From Verrucomicrobiales bacterium (GTDB lineage Bacteria; Verrucomicrobiota; Verrucomicrobiia; Verrucomicrobiales; SLCJ01), in NCBI GenBank assembly GCA_046075565.1, contig JBJTQJ010000014.1, positions 32,031 through 96,030 on the forward strand: 64,000 bases of DNA, written 5' to 3'. Below the pieces are notes generated by a model. That model was not told the origin of the DNA. It worked only from the letters and a program-made list of their open reading frames with translations, and searched no databases. The stretch's first letter is position 1; the number at the start of each line of letters is the position of its first letter. Positions 61,188 through 64,000 of the stretch are shown in pieces. Position numbers and translations under genes: made by a program.

Positions 61188-63815
61188 ATGTCCGACTCCC
61201 GAATCGAGCCCATCGACGTTGCCGACGAAATGTCGAAATCCTTTTTGGACTACTCGATGTCCGTCATCATTTCCCGGGCCTTGCCGGACGTGCGCGACGG
61301 CCTCAAACCGAGCCAGCGGCGCATCCTTTTCGCCATGAATGATCTCGGGCTCGCCCCGAACAAACAGCACCGGAAATGCGCGAAAATCTGCGGTGACACG
61401 AGCGGGAACTACCACCCCCACGGGGAGGCGGTCATTTACCCGACGCTGGTGAACATGGCCCAGCCATGGTCGATGCGGGAAAGGCTCGTTGATGGCCAGG
61501 GCAACTTCGGCTCGGTGGAAGGCGACCCGCCCGCCGCCATGCGTTATACGGAAGCGCGCCTCACCCACCTCGGCCTCGCCCTCATGGCCGACATGGAAAA
61601 GGACACGGTCGATTTCGTGGCCAACTACGACGAGACCCGTACCGAACCGGTGGTCTTCCCCGCCGCCCTCCCGAACCTGCTCGTCAATGGCGGCACCGGC
61701 ATCGCTGTCGGCATGGCCACCAATATCCCGCCCCACAACCTCGGCGAGGTCGTGGACGGTGTCTGCGCCCAGATCGACAATCCGAATATTTCCACCGAGG
61801 AACTCATGGTCCACATCAAGGGACCGGACTTCCCCACCGGTTGCACCATTTGTGGCGTGGCCGGCATCCGTGATTATTTCCGCACCGGACGCGGCAGCAT
61901 CCGCGTGCGCGGCAAGGTCGAAATCGAAACCGACGACCGCGGCCGCGAGAAGATCATCCTGTTGGAAATCCCTTACAACGTGAACCGCGCCACGCTCATC
62001 GAGCGCATCGCTGAACTCGTGAATGAAAAGGTGCTCACCGAGATCAGCGCCATCCGCGACCTCTCGGACGAAAACACCCGCGTGGAGATCGAGCTGAAGC
62101 GCGACGCCCGCGCCCAGGTGGTGGTGAACAACCTCTACAAGATGACGGCCCTCGAGAGCACGTTCAGCGTGAACATGCTGGCCATCGACAACCGGCGTCC
62201 GCGTCTGTTGGCGGTCAAGGATGCCATCGCGTGTTTCATCGAGCACCGCCGCGAGGTCGTGCTGCGCCGCACCCGTTACCTCCTGCGCAAGGCGGAAGAA
62301 CGCGCCGAAGTGCTGGAGGCTTTCCTGCTCGCCCTCGGTCACCTCGATGATTTCATCCGCCTCATCCGTGAATCGAAGAACCGCGACGAGGCCCGCGAGA
62401 AATTAAAGGCCTACGATTTCAGCGAAGAAGCCGCCCGCTCCCTCGGCCTGCTCATCCGTGGTCAGGCGAACGTGCGCGATGGCCGTTACAAGTTCTCCGA
62501 GCGCCAGGTCAATGCCATTCTCGAACTCCGCCTCTACCAGCTCACCGCCATGGAGCAGGACAAGGTGAAGAACGAATACGACGGTGTCATCGCCGAGATC
62601 CAGGACTTCCTCGACATCCTCGCCCGCGAGCAACGCGTGCTCGACATCATCAAGTCCGAACTGCGCGAACTGAAAGCCAAACACGGCAACCCGCGTATGA
62701 CCGGCATCGAACACGCGGCCGGCGACATGAACATCGAGGACTTCATCGCCAACGAGGCCCAGGCCGTCACCATCACCCACCGTGGCTACATCAAACGCAC
62801 CGCCCTCAGCGAATACAAGGCGCAGAAACGCGGCGGCAAAGGCGTGAAGGGCATGCAAACCGTGGCCGGACAAACCGACGACGAGCCCGGTGATTTCGTC
62901 GAGCACCTCTTTACCGCCAGCGCCCACGACTATCTTTTGTTCTTCACGAATATCGGTCGCGCCTACGTGGAACGTGTTTTCGAAATTCCCGAAGGCGGCC
63001 GCGCATCCAAAGGACGCAACATCCGCAACGTGCTCAATCTGAAAGCCGAGGAAAAAATCGCCGCCATCCTGCGCGCCGAACGCCGCCTCGACGACAACGG
63101 TCAGGATGTGACCTTCGCCGAAGATGCCGGTTTCGTATTCTTCGCCACCCGCAGCGGCAAGGTGAAGAAGACCTGCCTGCACGACTTCCGCAATTTCCGC
63201 AAGGACGGCATCATCGCCATCAGCCTCGAGGAAGGCAATGAGATCATCGACGTGCGCCTGACCACGGGCGCGAACGAGATCATTCTCGTGACCAAAGATG
63301 GCATGAGCCTGCGCTTCCTCGAAGAAGAGGCCCGCCCCATGGGTCGTGACACGGCCGGCGTGCGCGGCATCAATCCTGAGGATGGCGATGTGGTTGTCGG
63401 CCTCGCCCTCGTCGAAGAGGAAGCCATGTTGCTCGTCGCCTCCGCCAATGGCATCGGCAAACGCACCGGCTTCGAGGAATACCGCAAACAAAGTCGCGGC
63501 GGCAAAGGCATCATCACCATGAAGGTGACCGACAAAACCGGACCGGTCATCGGAGTGCTCGCCGTGCATGACACCGACGAACTGATGTGTATGACCAGCG
63601 GCGGCCTGAGCATCCGCATCCGCGTCGCGGAAATCCGCGAGACCGGACGCAACGCCCAGGGCGTCAAACTCCTCAGCCTCCGCGAAGGGGAAACCCTGCA
63701 AGGCATCGCCCGCGTCATCCCCGATGGCGACGAAGACGGCACGGAAGAAACGGCTCCCGAAGCCGCTGGCGAGAGCCCGGCAAGCGAAGATGCCCCCGCA
63801 GACGGGGAATCCTGA
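61188..63815 (+). CDS. gyrA: DNA gyrase subunit A
   Basis: RALPDVRDGLKP, YHPHG, AAMRYTEAR and GyrA-box QKRGGKG. Confidence 0.98.
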   Translation: MSDSRIEPIDVADEMSKSFLDYSMSVIISRALPDVRDGLKPSQRRILFAMNDLGLAPNKQHRKCAKICGDTSGNYHPHGEAVIYPTLVNMAQPWSMRERLVDGQGNFGSVEGDPPAAMRYTEARLTHLGLALMADMEKDTVDFVANYDETRTEPVVFPAALPNLLVNGGTGIAVGMATNIPPHNLGEVVDGVCAQIDNPNISTEELMVHIKGPDFPTGCTICGVAGIRDYFRTGRGSIRVRGKVEIETDDRGREKIILLEIPYNVNRATLIERIAELVNEKVLTEISAIRDLSDENTRVEIELKRDARAQVVVNNLYKMTALESTFSVNMLAIDNRRPRLLAVKDAIACFIEHRREVVLRRTRYLLRKAEERAEVLEAFLLALGHLDDFIRLIRESKNRDEAREKLKAYDFSEEAARSLGLLIRGQANVRDGRYKFSERQVNAILELRLYQLTAMEQDKVKNEYDGVIAEIQDFLDILAREQRVLDIIKSELRELKAKHGNPRMTGIEHAAGDMNIEDFIANEAQAVTITHRGYIKRTALSEYKAQKRGGKGVKGMQTVAGQTDDEPGDFVEHLFTASAHDYLLFFTNIGRAYVERVFEIPEGGRASKGRNIRNVLNLKAEEKIAAILRAERRLDDNGQDVTFAEDAGFVFFATRSGKVKKTCLHDFRNFRKDGIIAISLEEGNEIIDVRLTTGANEIILVTKDGMSLRFLEEEARPMGRDTAGVRGINPEDGDVVVGLALVEEEAMLLVASANGIGKRTGFEEYRKQSRGGKGIITMKVTDKTGPVIGVLAVHDTDELMCMTSGGLSIRIRVAEIRETGRNAQGVKLLSLREGETLQGIARVIPDGDEDGTEETAPEAAGESPASEDAPADGES

Positions 63816-63865
63816 TCGCTGGTTTCGTTACGCAGTCTGAGAGTTGCGATTTCACGCTGCGGGGT

Positions 63866-63897
63866 GAATCCGAGGGGTATTGACCCACCTCGGATTC
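63866..63897. terminator. hairpin downstream of gyrA
   Basis: GAATCCGAGG...CCTCGGATTC 10-bp arms; no U tract. Confidence 0.35.
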
Positions 63898-64000
63898 CGA
63901 GCCCAAGCGCAGCTTCTCATCCGACGCATCGGGAGAGCCCAACGCCGATCACTCCAAGCCGTCCGAATCGCTCACGCGATTCCACGTGCGGAAGATGGCG

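Noticed and set aside
63949-64000. 3' end of a minus-strand gene (..AIFRTWNRVSDSDGLE*)
   Set aside because: Too little sequence in the window to support a call.

Overview
A GC-rich bacterial chromosomal window, most likely Verrucomicrobia (inferred from PEP-CTERM, H-X9-DG pilin-like and DUF5069-like genes and the REP-like palindromes). It is mostly housekeeping: leuD, rnhB, nadE, lysA, queD-folE2, gltBD, tRNA-Asn, dnaE, selO, rpsB-tsf, nuoA and gyrA. It also holds a signalling cluster, a vapBC module and a hydroxyproline catabolic operon containing ald. Two accessory regions stand out. (1) 44.8-48.1 kb is a candidate metal-responsive surface system. A small CxxC plus C-terminal polyproline protein resembling the CutF/CruR ribosome-stalling leaders precedes a highly structured spacer, then an H-X9-DG pilin-like gene and two secreted proteins with predicted N-terminal His, one of them PEP-CTERM anchored. 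(2) 11.8-13.4 kb is an integrase-less integron relic: an attI-like site, a pseudogenised GYF_2/zinc-ribbon cassette and a canonical attC whose crossover G is mutated. It is bordered by a 32-bp duplicate of internal nadE sequence. Other oddities are a TerB-FHA-ABC-permease fusion, a DUF5069-like gene with an in-frame TAG, an orphan nuoA and several distinct REP/REPIN-like elements. All family assignments come from motif recognition by eye, not from database searches.
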